Assembly: GCA_002104905.1 (NCBI GenBank)
Contig: MCFE01000355.1
Span: 23,991 to 87,990 of the forward strand
Source of the DNA: Basidiobolus meristosporus CBS 931.73
Lineage: Eukaryota; Fungi; Basidiobolomycota
Direction: 5' to 3'
Length of the DNA: 64,000 nucleotides
Part shown: positions 23,967 to 38,600 of the stretch, piece after piece
Position numbering within the stretch: position 1 is the stretch's first letter
Layout: every line of letters starts with the position of its first letter
Made by a program: the position numbers and the translations under genes
The notes under the pieces: generated by a model
Database searches by the model: none
Seen by the model: only the letters and a program-made list of their open reading frames with translations
Told to the model about the DNA's origin: nothing

Positions 23967-26900
23967 TGTTGAAGTAGTGAGCTATTTGGTTTGATTCAGC
24001 AGCCAAAAATTTACTTAACAGTTCTGGACTAGTGTTGGTCACTGTAGGAATATTTTAACGCCCTAACTTTGCCACTTTCTTCAGGTCTATGATCTTACAA
24101 TTTTTCCCCTATTGGCATAATCAAATCAGCACTTTTACCAACCATGATGTACTAACCCTGAAACTGTTACAAAATGCTCCTGAATGTTGAGAAACCCTCC
24201 ATACTTAGTGTTACAGCTGTATTACTTCTATAAAGGTATAACTACTGAGCTTCTTTATGAATAGACAACCGGTCAACAATTATCACTATTTCTTGATAAG
24301 CTCCTGATATCAATATAGCTTCTTATATTGCAACATGTTATGAGCCCCAGTTGCCTTGCTCTATTCTAAAGATAGCATCTGCCAGCAAACAGAACAATGC
24401 AAACATCTTTCTTGTAAAGGAGAGGTTTGATGGGAAGAACTACAGACTTTGGAGAATCAAGATACAGATCCACCTTGAGGAAAAAATGTCTTGAGATGTT
24501 ACAAGTCTTGTTATAAGAGTTGTAGAGGAATAGGGAGTTTAGCTAGTATGTATGCACTAAAACTTGAACTGATCTTTATTGAGGTTCCAGTAGCTCCTTA
24601 TATACATTTTGTCGGATGAATTGCTGACTGATTGTGTTTCCTAATTTAGGTTGTGGCTGATGACTCATTTGATTGCATCATCATCACCCAATAAGATCCT
24701 TCTTAATATATCTATTTTGTCCAATAAGGATCTGCTGATTCATTTGCTGACTAATGCTACTGATATCATAGATAATACTGATATACTGATAACCTAAACA
24801 TATACTAATTGATTTGACTAAAAACTGATCTAACTTAAACATTCAAGCGGTAGCTCTTAACAGAGATATAGTGACAGGAAGAGAAGTTGAGCCCAAAGGA
24901 ACAGCAGAAGAAGTGCGTGAGTTAAAGAGGAGGGAAAAGCCTTTATTGCCATATGTATCAATGAGCAAGATTCCTTCAATGAACAAATTCATGCTTCAAA
25001 TACTACCAAAGCAGTATGGGAATCCTTGTAGAAGATCATTAGTGCAAAGTTGGTCTTGAGCAAGCTTTATGTAAGATAAGTATTCTTGAACCTGAGGAAG
25101 GAGCCAGATGATGAAATGTTAAAACTCTTTATCAGAATGGAGATACCTACAGAAGAGCTTTACAGTATCAATGCTGGTGTAGATGAAGAAGAAAAGATAC
25201 TCTGTCCACTTTGCAACTTGACAGAAAAGTATGAGCCACGTATTCCTTTATTTGAAAGTAGAGAAGACAATTTGACTTTAGACTGAGTCACAAGAAGACT
25301 ACTCCATGAACAACTCAAATATAATGATCAAGCAGAGAAAACTAAGATAATCCTTTATTCAGCTCACAATGGCACACAGAAATTAAGGGAAAGCAACAAA
25401 ACTAAAGATCTTTGACAGTGATGTTTTTTATCACATCCCCAACAAAATATGCTCAAAGTTAGAACCAAAGAGCAGAAAAGGGATCTTTGTCAGATATTGT
25501 GAGGATACTAAGGGGTATAGAGCATATGATGGCAACATTCAGAAGCTGATCAAGAGCAGTGACATTGTACCATAGGAGAATTCAGATCAGAGAGTCACTG
25601 AAATCATTAGGCAGATGCTTGATGATACAATCAACACTAATGAAGACAATACATACCTAACTCAACCAGATACAGTAGATAATTATACCAGTTCCAGATC
25701 AGAGCAGATTAAACTGGCTAGGAGATCTACCAGAATAAGAAATGCCCTTGGACCCTGGTGGCAGGCATTGAAGGATCATGAACAAGCTCATCCTGCCTTA
25801 TGTACCATACCTCCAAATCAGGAACAGGCAGTGCAAAGTCCAGAGGCTACTTTGCAGCAACAAGCCATGCAAGAGCAGTACTATTTACTGATCAAGGCAA
25901 AAACATAGGAACTGGTAAATTTACTAAATGAGACAAAGCCAAAAGGATGCTGATGGGCTTACAAGATCAAAATAACCTCAAATGGTACCATTGATAAATA
26001 CAAGGCTAGATTGGTGGCTAATGGCTATTTGTAGATCTAGGGACTAGACTTTAGGAAAACATTTGCTCCTGTTGCCAAGTTAACTTCATCAGGACAGTTC
26101 TAGGCTTGGCAGCTGTACCCAGTCTGGATCTACACTATATGAATGTCAAAGCAGCCTTTCTGAATAGAGTTTTGCAAGAAACTACAATTATGGAGCAAGC
26201 ACAAGGTCTTACCAATCTGAAAGGCCCCTTTAAGGTATGTAGACTTAAGAAACTTTTGTATGGGCTTAAGCAGGCATCTATAGCATGGTATAGCAAAATT
26301 GACACATACCTAGAGGAAGCTGGGCTCATTCAGAGCACTGCAGATCACAGTGTATATGCAAAACAACCCAAAAAGGGTGTGGTTATCCTGGATCTTTATA
26401 TGGACAAAATAAAAATAACCAGAAGTGACCAGGGGCCACTTAAACAGACAAATCATATCTCTTCAGCAAGTCAGAGATGGAAGATCATGGAAAGTTGAAC
26501 TATTTTCTCAAAATTGAAGTATAACTTGACATACCCATGCAGAGAATTGTCCTGAATCAGTCCAAGTATATCAGGGACATTCTTAGTGGCTTCAATGTGA
26601 TACTGCAAACCTGCAGTGGCCCCAATGGACAATAATATATAATTAAGCAAGTCTCAGCCAGTTGCTGGTTGAAATGGCCCTGATGTGTTCCAAAACCTTG
26701 TCCATAAGTCAATGGTTGGTAGCCTGATGTACTTGATGGTATTTTCAAATCCAGATAATGCAGTGGCAGTTGGAATAGTCAATCAATTCAAGTATACTAT
26801 GGACCAGTTCAAATTACAGCAGTAAAGTGGATTTTCAGATATCTCTAAGGTACCATAAATATGGTGCTTGAGTACTTTGGAGCAACTGATAGGCAGAATT

Positions 26901-28007
26901 TGATGGTTATAGTGATTCAGATTGGAGTAAGAATCTGACTGACAGACACTCTACCACTGGGTATGTATCTCTTTATGCTGTGGCAGCTATTACTTGGAAT
27001 TGCAAGAAACAACCAGCTGTGGCCCTGGCTATAATTGAAGCTTACTCTATGGCTGCTTGACACGCTACTAAAGAGGCTCTATTGTTACAAAATTATTCAA
27101 AGACGTAAATTTTAATTCCAATAAAGCAACATGTATCTACAAGGATAATCAAGGCTGCATGTTATTATCTAAAAGTCCTACTAATCCCACCAGAACTAAG
27201 CAAATTGATATACAAAATACTTTGTGAGGGGAGCTGTAGAAACTAACTTAGTAGAGTTAGTTTACTACCCAACTATTAAAACAGTGGCGTGAATATTGAC
27301 CCATCCATTAGCTAGGCAACAGTTTAAGAATATCAGAGAGGAACTGAGATCAAGCAATTATTTAGATGAGGGTGAGTATGAAATATTGGAATGTTTAGTA
27401 TCATTTGGCAGCTAAAAATTTACCTAACAGTTCTGGACTAGTGTTGGTCACTGTACAAATATCTTACAGTCCAAAATTTGTCACTTTCTTCAACTCTATC
27501 ATCTATTGATTATTCACCTATTGTCAAAATCAAGTTAGCACTTTTACCACCATGATGTACTAACCCTAAAACTGTTACAAAATGCCCCTGAATGTTGAGA
27601 AACCCTCCTTATGTAGTGTTGCAGTTGTGTTACTTCTACAAAGGTATAGATACTAAGCTTCATTATGAATAAACAACAGGTCAACAATTTACAATGCTAG
27701 GTTAATCTGGGTCACTGTAGGGCTAATCTGCAGCCCCAATTCTGCCAGTTTACTCAGATCTATGATCCTATGATTATTCCCTTATAGTCAAGATAAAATT
27801 ACCAATTTTTACCAAACATTATGTACCAACCTTGAAACAGTTACAGAATGCTCATGAATGTTACGAAGCCCTCCTTATGTAGTGTTGCAGCTGTGTTACT
27901 TCTACAAAGATATAGATACTGAGCTTCTTTATGAATAAACACCAGGTCAGCTTTTTTCACTATTTGCCAATAAGTTCCCTTTACAAATGATTAATTAAGT
28001 TGCAACA
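23967..28007 (+). mobile_element. Second Ty1/Copia remnant with duplicated 3' LTR
   Basis: 5' LTR 23967-24335, PBS GTTATGAGCCC, gag start (DGKNYRLWRIKIQIHLEE), RT 25900-26800, RNase H. 3' LTR from ~27376 plus a second partial LTR to 28007. Confidence 0.8.
24497..24862 (-). repeat. Solo LTR, family C, inserted in Copia gag
   Basis: TG...CA termini and a perfect 4-bp TSD GAGA/GAGA. Confidence 0.88.
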
Positions 28008-28019
28008 GACTATAGTGAA

Positions 28020-28575
28020 GTGGAGGATGAACTTGAAGAAGACTCAGAACTTACATTTGATGTATTAGAAGAATACCTATCCCAGATGATCTCAAGCTCA
28101 GAAACACCATTGTACTTGAAGGAGCAACTGATGGAATACCTGCCAAAATCATTATTTACTCAGCTTCATCACAGAAGCACATATTGGAGCAATTTGCCTT
28201 GAAAGCTGAAATCAATGTGGAAACCACCAAATCAGCTGCAGTTTATAATATTATTCCTTTACCCAAGTTCCCCAGATAGTACTGACTCTTCTGTAGGAAT
28301 AGAGAGATATATTTCTAGAAGAGCTTGTAAGTCTACCACCAGCCATAGAAGTAGATCATGTCATTAACCCAGCAGATAGCCTCCCACTGAGCAAGGCACC
28401 TTACAGGATGAGTCCTTTGGAAATGAAAGAGATGAAGAGACAAATTGATTAACAATTGGAGCATATGGACATCAGGCCCAGCAAGTCATATTAGGGAGCA
28501 CCAGTGCTTGTGTGAAAAAGAAGGATGAAACACTTGGGATTTGCAATGACTACAGAGCCCTTAACTCTGCTGCAA
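28020..28575 (+). pseudogene. Gypsy protease-RT junction remnant
   Basis: APYRMSPLEMKEMKRQID...RPSKS...VKKKD..L.ICNDYRAL, typical of a Gypsy RT N-terminus. Confidence 0.65.
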
Positions 28576-28675
28576 TTTAAGAAGTAATTTGGATAATTAA
28601 GGGTTTAGCCCATTTCAATAGGTTCCTGATTTTCCTGAAATGCTAGTCTTCACCATTTCCTAATAGACAGCAATT

Positions 28676-29778
28676 AGACTTGTTCCGTTGTATAGTGCCA
28701 CATTGAGCCATGAGTGCCAAATGATGCCATAGTGTGCAAATGATGCCATAGTGTGCTAGGGAGGTCAAGTGAGCCTATACTTGGCAACAGAGAGTGAAAC
28801 ATAGCTCTGCATCTGCATGCAAATGTTATGATCTGCCGCTTGAATGTTTAAGTTAGATCAGTTTTTAGTCAGATCATTTAGTATATGTTTAGGTTATCAG
28901 TATATCAGTACTATCTATGAAATCAGTAGCATTAGTCAACAAATGAATCAGCAGATCCTTATCAGACAGAAATAGATATATTAAGTAGGATCTTATTGGG
29001 TGATGATGATGCGATCAAATGAGTCATCAGCCACAACCTACATTAGGAAATACAATTAGTCAGCAATTGATCTGGCAAAATTTATATAAGGAGCTGCTGG
29101 AATCTCAATAAAAATCAGTTCAAGTTTTAGTGAATACAATACTAGCTAAACTCCCTATTCCTCTACAACTCTTATACCAAGACTTGTAACACAAAGCAGC
29201 CCCTGTGTTTCACCCATTGCTCTGGAGAAAATCCATTTTTGACCTTTTTTTTTGGATCAAAATGTTCAGGATGTGTGAGAGCACAGAAGGACTAAAGACA
29301 TGAATCTGATACTCAATACCCATGGCACTCTAAATCTAGCTCCTGTGGTGTGTATCATGTCACAAAAAAGCATGGTACTATCTTGGACCACTGGTACTGT
29401 CAGGCACTCTATTTAAATATTGGCCCTGAAGTAAAGCCTATATAAAGCACTTATAGTGCCAGATAGAACCAGTGGACCAAGTTAGTGCCATGCATTTTTG
29501 TAACATGATACACACCACAGGAGCTAGATTTAGAGTGCCATGGGTATTGAGTATCAGATGCATGTCTTTAGTCCTTCTGTGCTCTCACACATCCTGAACA
29601 TTTTGATACAAAAAAAAAGGTCAAAAAATGGATTTTTTCCGGAGCAATGGGTGAAACACAGGGGCTGCTTTGAATGCAGATGCAGAGATATGTTTCACTC
29701 TCTGTTGCCAAGTATAGGCTCACTTGACCTCCCTGGCACACTATGGCATCATTTGGCCCTATCTAATGGAACAAGTCT
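28676..29778. mobile_element. Foldback MITE with an LTR-C insertion
   Basis: Termini AGACTTGTTCCGTTG...ATGGAACAAGTCT, TSD ATT/ATT. Confidence 0.85.
28824..29191 (+). repeat. Solo LTR, family C
   Basis: TGTTATGATC...GACTTGTAACA termini, TSD CAAA/CAAA. Confidence 0.88.
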
Positions 29779-29899
29779 ATTATCTTACAAGCTTATTTCT
29801 AAGTTATTATTTGGAAATATGTCATTTAGCAATATGCTAATTCTTGATAGATTAATAGATAAGTGGACTTCTAATTATATCAGCATTGATTGGATCACT

Positions 29900-31450
29900 G
29901 CTGTGCCAATCAATATGTTTCCAAGATACACAGGATGTTCCTTAACACACTCCCACTTAGCTAGCCTGCCTTATAGCTTGCTCTCTCAGCTTCTTCAAGA
30001 CCTTTTAATGTGCGTTAAGTGGTCCTCTTCTGTTGTGCTGTAAATCACTTTGTCTTCTTGGTAGATTACCACAAGCTGTTCTAAGTACCTCTCAAAGATG
30101 GTTTGCATCAATGTTATAAATGTTGCAGGAGCATTAGTGAGGCCAAAACTAATGATCAGGCACTTATACTATCCATATCTGGTCATGAATGATGTCTTGT
30201 GGATATTTTCCGGCCTCACCCTTATCTGATTGTATCCTGAAATGAGGTCAAACATGTTGAAAATGGTGGCTCCATGAATGTGGTCCAATGGATGGGGTAA
30301 TGATTATTCACATTAACTGAGCTAAGGGCTCTGTATTCAATGCACATCCTGAGTGGTCTGTCCTTGCTCCTCACAAAAAGCACTGGTGCTCCCAAAGGTG
30401 ACTTGGTGGGCCTGATGTATACATGCTCCAATTGTTGATCAACTTGTCTCTTCATCTCTTTCAATTGTGATAGACTCATCCTGCAAGGTGTCATGTTCAC
30501 TGAGGGGCTATCTTCTATGTCAATGGCATAATCCACACCTCTAACTAGTTGTAGGCTCACAAGCTCCACTGGATACACATTTGGGTCTTCCCTAAGCTGA
30601 GTCTGGGCTTTCCAAAGAGTTGGAGTAGATGAATCCTTATCTGGCAGGTAGTAGCTCATAGGCCTGGTTGACTATTTTGATCTAAGTGGCATGAGTTTTC
30701 CCATTGATTGATGGACTACAGTTGAATATTCATGCTTTTACAAGTACCAGGTCTAGTTTGCATTTTCCAAAAAGGTAGGTTTATAGGCCTTCTTCATTGT
30801 ATATTATCTGTGTACTTACTGGCTTAGTAATATGGTTGATTATGTGAGCATTCCCATCAGCTGTTGAAAATGAAGCTGATAATTAGGTTCCCAATTGATT
30901 TGAGCTTTAAATGTAAATTGTTCTGAAATTTACTTAGGTAATGCCTCAAAGTCAACCATAATCCTTGTAGGTACCCCATGGATTACTCCATTCAAATATT
31001 ATGGTTTTTCTGAGCTGGAGGTTATTTGGGATAAGTATACTTCTGTCATATGAAAGGTGAGTTTGGAGTGTTCTTCATGTTCAACCTCTACTTCACCATA
31101 CTCTTAGGCTTTAATTTGATTGAGGGTTACTGCTTACTGGTGTTCTTTTTCTCCCTGAGGGGAGTACTTTGAGATGTGCCCATGCAGAGTACAGTTGAAA
31201 TAAAGACCTTTCTTCTTGCATTCCTGTGGGCTGAGATTCCTCTGCATAGTGTCTATTACCATAGGCACTACTTCTGATTGTTTTTTTTATGGTGATTGTA
31301 GCTTTCCTGATCAGTATGGGAAGTCAATCCCTCTTTGATAGATCTTCACATCTATTTGCAACACTTTCTTTTATTTATTAGATGTTGATCACTACACCTA
31401 TCTTTGACAGTTAGGATTAGGCAGTACTTTTACACAACCATAGCATGAGC
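29900..31450 (-). mobile_element. Gypsy gag-PR-RT remnant
   Basis: ORF 30222-30659: PCRMSLSQLKEMKRQVDQQLEHVYIRPTKSPLGAPVLFVRSKDRPLRMCIEYRAL. Upstream zinc-knuckle-like remnant near 31170. Confidence 0.7.
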
Positions 31451-31459
31451 TGTTACACG

Positions 31460-33600
31460 TGACCAGCAGCAACTTATTTCTGGGGAGCTGACTGACAATG
31501 GCCTGCTAGAAGTAACACCAGCACAGTAGCCTTTGGTATGTACAAGAATATTTAAGTGCCTGGCACTTCAGGCCAGTTCTGTAACATTGCCTGGAGTATT
31601 TTGGCATGGTCAAGCTCCAGCATTGCACTCATCATAAGATGATGTACTTAGTGCTGGTGTTTGGGAAATAACAATGTGTGTGAATTATGGAGTAAATACC
31701 CTGGAACTCACATATTCAACAGCCATACCATCCATTGTGCCCAGAAAAGCCTGCTATGTTGCTGATGGCTGTGGTATCTCCAATGCAGATAACAATATGC
31801 ACTTTTTCAAGACAGCCATTTACTGTTATCCTGCTTGAAAGCATATAAAGTTTATCCAGCAATAGATACAGGTAGCTATCCTGATTGTATGGTGATTTAG
31901 GCTTAGATACCAATGAGACTACCATCAGACTTTGGCTCTGATACTGTAAGATAGGTGACATATTCTCTACATTATCTCTGTGGGAAGAGGATGTTTTTAG
32001 TGTGGGAGTTCAGGTATTCATAATGTGTGTGAGTGATGGAGAAAATCCCCTGGATCTCACACATTTGAAAGCAATACTATTCACTGTACCCAAAAAAACC
32101 TGCCATCTTGCTGATGTCTGGGGTATTGCCAATGCAGCTGATAATCTGTGCTTTGATATGATGGCCACTTTGTAGTGTCTTGCTGGAAAGCATACAAGAT
32201 TCTTTCCCCAATGGATACAGGTAGGTGTCCAGGCTGGATGGAAATTTAGGCTTATATAATAGTGAGACTGTTGAAATATTGGACTATTTGGTATCATTCA
32301 GCAGCTAAGAATTTACTTAACAATTCTAGGCTAGTCTTAGTCACTGTAGGACTCATTTACTGCCTTAACTTTGCCACTTTCTCCAGATATATGATCTTAT
32401 GATTATTCCCCTATAGTCAGGATCAAATTAGCACTATTACCAAACATCATGTACTAACCCTGAAACTGTTACAGAATGCTCCTGAATACTGAGAAACCCT
32501 CCCTACTTAGTGTTGCATCTGTATTACTTCTACCAAGGTATAAATACTGAGCTTCTTTATGAATAAACAACAGTTCAACTATTATCACTATTTCTTGATA
32601 AGTTCCTTATATCCTAATCACTTCTTAAATTGCCACAGAGACTTCCATCAGATATCTACTCTGATACAGTAAGAATGGTGGCAGATTAAGGTAAGTGAGA
32701 ATTGATGACCAACAGAATTTGCTGGTACAGTACTTGTTTAATGAGGGTTCATTAAGTGCCAAGACAAAGGCATAGCCATATATACCTTTGAAGTTGCCCT
32801 TGCTTCCTGGTTGTGTGTAATTTTTGCCATCAAGTATATTGGAAATATTTGGGCTTGATTGACACTGTGTGCAGTATTTTGTAACTTCAAAATATTTGCT
32901 GGAATGAATGAGCATCATTGCATGGGGTATTACTGGAGTATATTTGGAGTGTGAGCAATATTTTCCTCCAATGTTGGTAGATTCCTGACAATTTGAATAC
33001 CTTACAATGGTGGCATTCTCAGATGTGAAAGCCATGCAACTGTGGACACATGCTGGACTCACAATGGCCTTTTGGTCATATACTGCCAGCCACATGCCAG
33101 TTGTTCATTTGTACCATGATTGTAGTAAGTAGCATCTCAAAATGATTTTGGCATGAGGTGGTAATAAATCCTCAAAACCCCCATTACAATTTTTTGAGGA
33201 AATATACCACCACTCTAGCCACAACTTCCCATCACTCACTAGTACCTGGATTACTGGGCTCACTTTGCTTCATAAGATATCCTTGGCATTTTTCTATGGG
33301 TGTTGTCTCATTGAATATTGGGATATGGCCAGGCCTATGCAGTGTGCTGTTGTTAGGCAAGGTAGGTTTGTAATCCATCAGTGAGCAGTCCTCTACAGAA
33401 CTGTCACTCTGTGTGCCATATTCAGAAGGCTGAGGTATTCCCAAAGGCATAGCAAACTCACCTCACTAAGTTTGAGCAAGGTGACAAATGCAGCTAGGTG
33501 CCAATATAGAAGTAGCAAGTGGCCAGCAATATACTGTTAGTAGAGTAGTGACTGATGAATGGCCAAATATGACTTATTTGGCAAGCACTGGCTGTGATCA
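31460..33600 (-). pseudogene. Tnp2/CACTA-like transposase remnant, interrupted by a Copia solo LTR
   Basis: ICIGDTTAISNIAGFSGHNGWYGC (31716-31961) and SPACVHSCMAF (N-terminal Cys cluster). Confidence 0.65.
32269..32637 (+). repeat. Copia solo LTR (369 bp)
   Basis: TGTTGAAAT...TTGCCACA termini and a perfect 5-bp TSD GAGAC/GAGAC. Confidence 0.9.
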
Positions 33601-35639
33601 TTGTAACTCTTCCTAAGCTGTCTGCATGCTTCATGGCTGAGAGTCTTGCTAAAAAAGCTGCATAATCTTTTTTTTCTTCTCTTATGGCATTGAATCAAAG
33701 CAGTCTTCTTCATGGGCCAATATTTTTACACTTAACAACATAACACTATTATAGCACTTTTTTGTCAAACTTGTGTGAATTGAAGACAGTCTTGTATGAG
33801 AGAAATTACACCCACTAGAAGATAAGATCCAATGATGACCCACCATAGTTAGCATTATAAATATAGTTGGGGCACCACATATACATATATATGTAACTCT
33901 TCTTTCCCTTTGGATTGACTCAGTACCACATATATGCCATTAAAAAATAAAGCAGGGTCATCAGCCCCTCAACTAAGCCCCACTGTTGACTGCAGAAGAG
34001 GAATGGTTGGACAACAATTTGTGTTGAAAATCATTGCAACAAACAGAACCACATCCAAAAAATGCCATGTTGAAAGTGTGCCCACTGAAGGTATCTCATG
34101 GAGACTCCTCAGGCTCTTGGCAAAGTAGGCAGTTAAAAATATCTGTGAAGCTGCAAGCTGACCTTAATGCTCTGGCAAATCAAAGCGTACAAATCTGGTG
34201 TGCAAAACTTATCAACAGTCTTTGCAAGGTGACCTAATGGGATTAATACCTCTTAGTCATGGGACTTTCATTTTGTGGCGGTCTTTTGAGAGAATCATCA
34301 CAAGTATTTTTCATAGGCAATGTACCTTCTATATTTTGCCTGCCATTGGAAACCTCTTCAACAGCACTCAGCCACACTTGTCCCCATGCATAAACTGCAT
34401 TAGGTACTTTTGTGATGCTTCTTGGTACATATCAGTCTTTTGCATATGGCCTACAGAGTGATAAGCCTGAAGACAGGGCTCACCAATGGATTGTCAGCCT
34501 ATCTCACCTCACAATAGTATGCTGTATAAGCCTGGCAAATCCAAATATGCATTGAGACAGCTGCCATGGAAAAAATGACATAGATGCTCTATGGAACCAG
34601 GTGAGCCCAGTATTCTATCTACTAGTTAATGATGAATTGCTGCAGCTAGAGAAATGATGTGTTTTTCCCAATATCAGTCATGGTGGCTTTGAGGATTTAT
34701 TGCCACTTCTTGCCAAAAGCATGCTTGGATGGCACTTGCCATGTACTTGGTACAAATGAATAACTGTCATGCAGCTGGCAGCATATGACCCCAAGACTGT
34801 CCCAATACCAGCATGTGTCAACAGTTGCATGGCATTCACATCAGAAAAAGCCACCATTGTAAGGTTTTAACTTGTTGGGGCCCACTACCATAGGAGGAAC
34901 ATCACTCACTCTAGAGATATTCCAATATCACACTGTCTAAAGAAGCTCATGCAGTACCCCAAATATTGTGATGCTATAGAGCATCACACTTTGTATTAGT
35001 AAAGCAGAAACAATCCCATTATATTACATGAAAAACATTGCAAGCAACTAAGAAGCAAGGGCTATTTGAAGGTATGTATGACCTAGACTATGCATAGGCA
35101 CTTGATAAACCCTGAGTGAGTAATTACTCCATCAGCAAATCCTGCAAGATTGTGATTTTTATCATCCTGAATATGTTCTTGATCTTATGAGACCAGAGCA
35201 GAAATCCAATGGTAGTCTCATTGGCATCTTGGTCTAAATTGCTGATTCACCTGGATAGCTACATGTGTCCATAGCTGGATCACTAATGTTTCCACTGCCA
35301 CAGGATATCACTAAGTGGTCTTCATGTCAAAGTGCATATTTTTTTCTGCATTTGAGATACTCAAGCCATTGGCAAGAATGCTGGCTTTTCTGGGCACAAT
35401 GAACAGTACTGGTGTTAAATTTGTGAGATCCCATGAATTTACTTCAAAACCTGCACACATTATTATTATCCAAACACCTGCACAAAAAACATCATCTTCC
35501 CCCAGAGAAAGCATTCAGAGGTCTGCAGGCAATAAGCCATTGACCAGATTATTTACTCAATCAAAATCAGAGATATGTTCTAAAGACGGATTATTTGGAG
35601 TAAAATCTTCTCACCATTTGCATTAAATCCTTACAATAT

Positions 35640-38600
35640 ACAAGGGCTTTTTCTAGAGCACTGCTCTTGAAGAAGTGCTGTTACCATTTGCTGTGTGTGT
35701 TGTCACCTCAAATTTCCACAATAAAAATTGCAATAGGCTGTTACATTCTTGAAATTGTTGCTTTGTCAGACAGTGGGGTCTCTACTTAGCCTACAATGGA
35801 GAGCATTGAGGCTGTGGTAGACACACTGTCTTTCTCTGCAAACTCATCTACCTCACTGGAGTGTTGTGCAACTGGCTCCACTTCCTGCTCTTAAGAAAAT
35901 AGCAATTGTCTTCCTGGCAATTCTGCCTGTTCTGGACTTGTGGTGCTGATTGATGAGAGCTGCAGCTTTTCTCATGCTTCCCTGTGTCTGGCTTGTGTAG
36001 ACTTATTCATTTGCCTTTGACTTTCTTTGGCCTACTTGCTCCTTACCTGCACTCTTAGAGCAATCTGGCATTTGCTTACCACTAGTCTTGTGCTTTCAGC
36101 CCTGGTTTTTATGGGCTCCTGAGGAAGCCATGGGTTTTTATCACTACCAGGCCCTTTGCAACTACTTTGATTGAGTGCTGCTTAAGTGGAATTATGCTTT
36201 TCCTCCACAGGTTCTGCACTGGTGCATCTGCCACTGCATGCTTGCCATTTTCTGGTACTCTTTCAGCTACCTGGAATTTCTTGGCTGCTTGTTTAGAACT
36301 TTTGGCATTGTGTGTGATAGGCTTAGATGGGGCTGCTGACTTATAGCCATGACACCATTTTTTTGCCTTTCATAGCTTCTGCTATTCTTAAGATACTTAG
36401 ATAGTATACCAATACCAGCCCAACATCTCTTTGCTGGCTTGAATCCAGCATAATGCTTATGAAATAACACAAGTGCCTTTTGCTTGGCCTTAAATTCTTG
36501 ATGGTCTCATGGTATGCCAGCCTTAAGGTGATGACATGCTAGGCTGCTTATTACCTATTGAATACTAGCCTGCTCTTCATCATTGCACTCAATGGCATCA
36601 GAGATCTTCAATATTGTTTGATTTTTATGGATTAGTATAAACACTACATTTTGTCACTCCCATGCTGTGATAGGCTTTGCTGTAGACTTTATCTTTGGGC
36701 ACTGCTGATGTGCTTCAAAGAGTGTACAGTGTTTCTTTGCTGTAACATTAAGAAATGGCTCACTTTTTGGCTGTGACACTGTGCTACTTGAGCTCCTTTT
36801 TTGCAGCAAAGATACTGCTTTCTTTACCTGGGATATTGATTGCTCCACACCTTGCCTGCATGAGTATTGACATATTGTAACAAGCTTCTCAGCTGTGATG
36901 TATGCAGAAAGCTTAGGAAGTATTTTGAAGATCCAGCCAATGTCTTGCCATACAAGTCATATTTGAGCATTTATCCCTCTCTGCTGTATTAAAAGTCTGT
37001 TTCTGGCTACTTGACACTTGCATAACAACACCTAGCTGCTCTTATCACCTTGTGCAAACTGAGTCAGATGAGTTTGTGATGCCCTTTGGCCAATATTGCC
37101 CTCTGAATATGGCTTGCAGAGTGATAGCTATGAAGAAAAAGGCCCACTGATGGATTTTAACCTATCTCCCCTCAAAGCACTATCCTGCACAAGCCCAGTA
37201 CAATCTAAATATTCACTGAGACTACAACCCTGGAAAAAAATACAAAGGATACTCTTTGGGGCCATGTGAGTCCAGTAGTCCATATACTGGTCAATGATGG
37301 ATTATTGTGGCCACAGAAGAGTCATGTTTTCATCAACATTAGTACTGGGAGCTTTGATGATTCAGTGCTACTTCTTGCCCAAATCATTCCAGCATGCCAC
37401 CAACTGTGTACATGGTATAAATTATCAACTGTCTTGCCAGTAGCAACATATGACCCAGAGACCATGCCAATACTTGCATGTGTCAACAGTTGCATGTCAT
37501 TCACATCGGTTAATAACACCAATCCAAGGGGTCCAAATTGTAAGGGATCCACCACCATAAGTGGAAAGCATTGTTCATACTCCAGATATATTCCAGTAAC
37601 ACCCCATCTAAAGAAACTCATGCATTCCAATGAATGCAGTAAAGTAACACAGTATCTCTTGCAGTTACAGTTCTACTTAATTGATTGCAAGCTATGCAAA
37701 TATCTAAGAAGCAAAGGCTATTCAAGATAAGTATGCCCATACCTTTGCCATGGTGCTTGATGAATTCTCTTTAAATAAGCACTCTACCGGAATATTCTGC
37801 TGGCCCCTAATTCTCATCAACCTGAATCTGCCACCAATCTTACAGTATCATAGCAGAAATCCAATGGTAGTCTCTCTGTAATCTGGACCTACATTATTAT
37901 TCATCCTGGAGAGCTACCTATATCCATTGCTGGATGAATTTTGTATACTTCCAGATGTATACTGGTAAATTACTGTCAGGTCAGAGAGCATATTATTATC
38001 TGCATTGTAGATGCTGTTGCAATCTGCAAGAAGGAGGGTATTTGCAGACAAAGTAGATGGTTATGCTGTGAAATGTTGGAGATCCTGAGGATATACCCCA
38101 TTATTTACACACAGAGATATTATCAAACACCAACACTAATGACATCACTGCCCTGTAAGGAGAATAGACAAAAGATTGCAATCAATATTCAGACACAAAT
38201 GAGACAATTAGATGCAAGGGCTGGATGAGCTAGATATTTACTTCTTCAGGTGGTCTTCCAAAGCCATTTCTACAAAGAGTACATTGGAAGCATTGGGAGT
38301 TGTATGTTAACATTAAACAAATACTCATCTAAACATGAATCACCAATGACAACTTGGAGCATCTATAGATTCTATGCAAGGAGCTGGTGAGAGGATTTGA
38401 GTGGCTATACTAGATACATTAAGCTGAACATGTAGATCTCTGCTACCACTGCATACAACCACTACTCTATTTTGATTGGTGTGTGGAGAGTATTGGATCT
38501 TACTTGACCTTTTGGAAGTTTTTCATGGAGTGGATATGTATAGCAATTGTGAGACAAGTCATGTTGCTGGTACTGAGATATCCCAATCTCATCAAGAATT

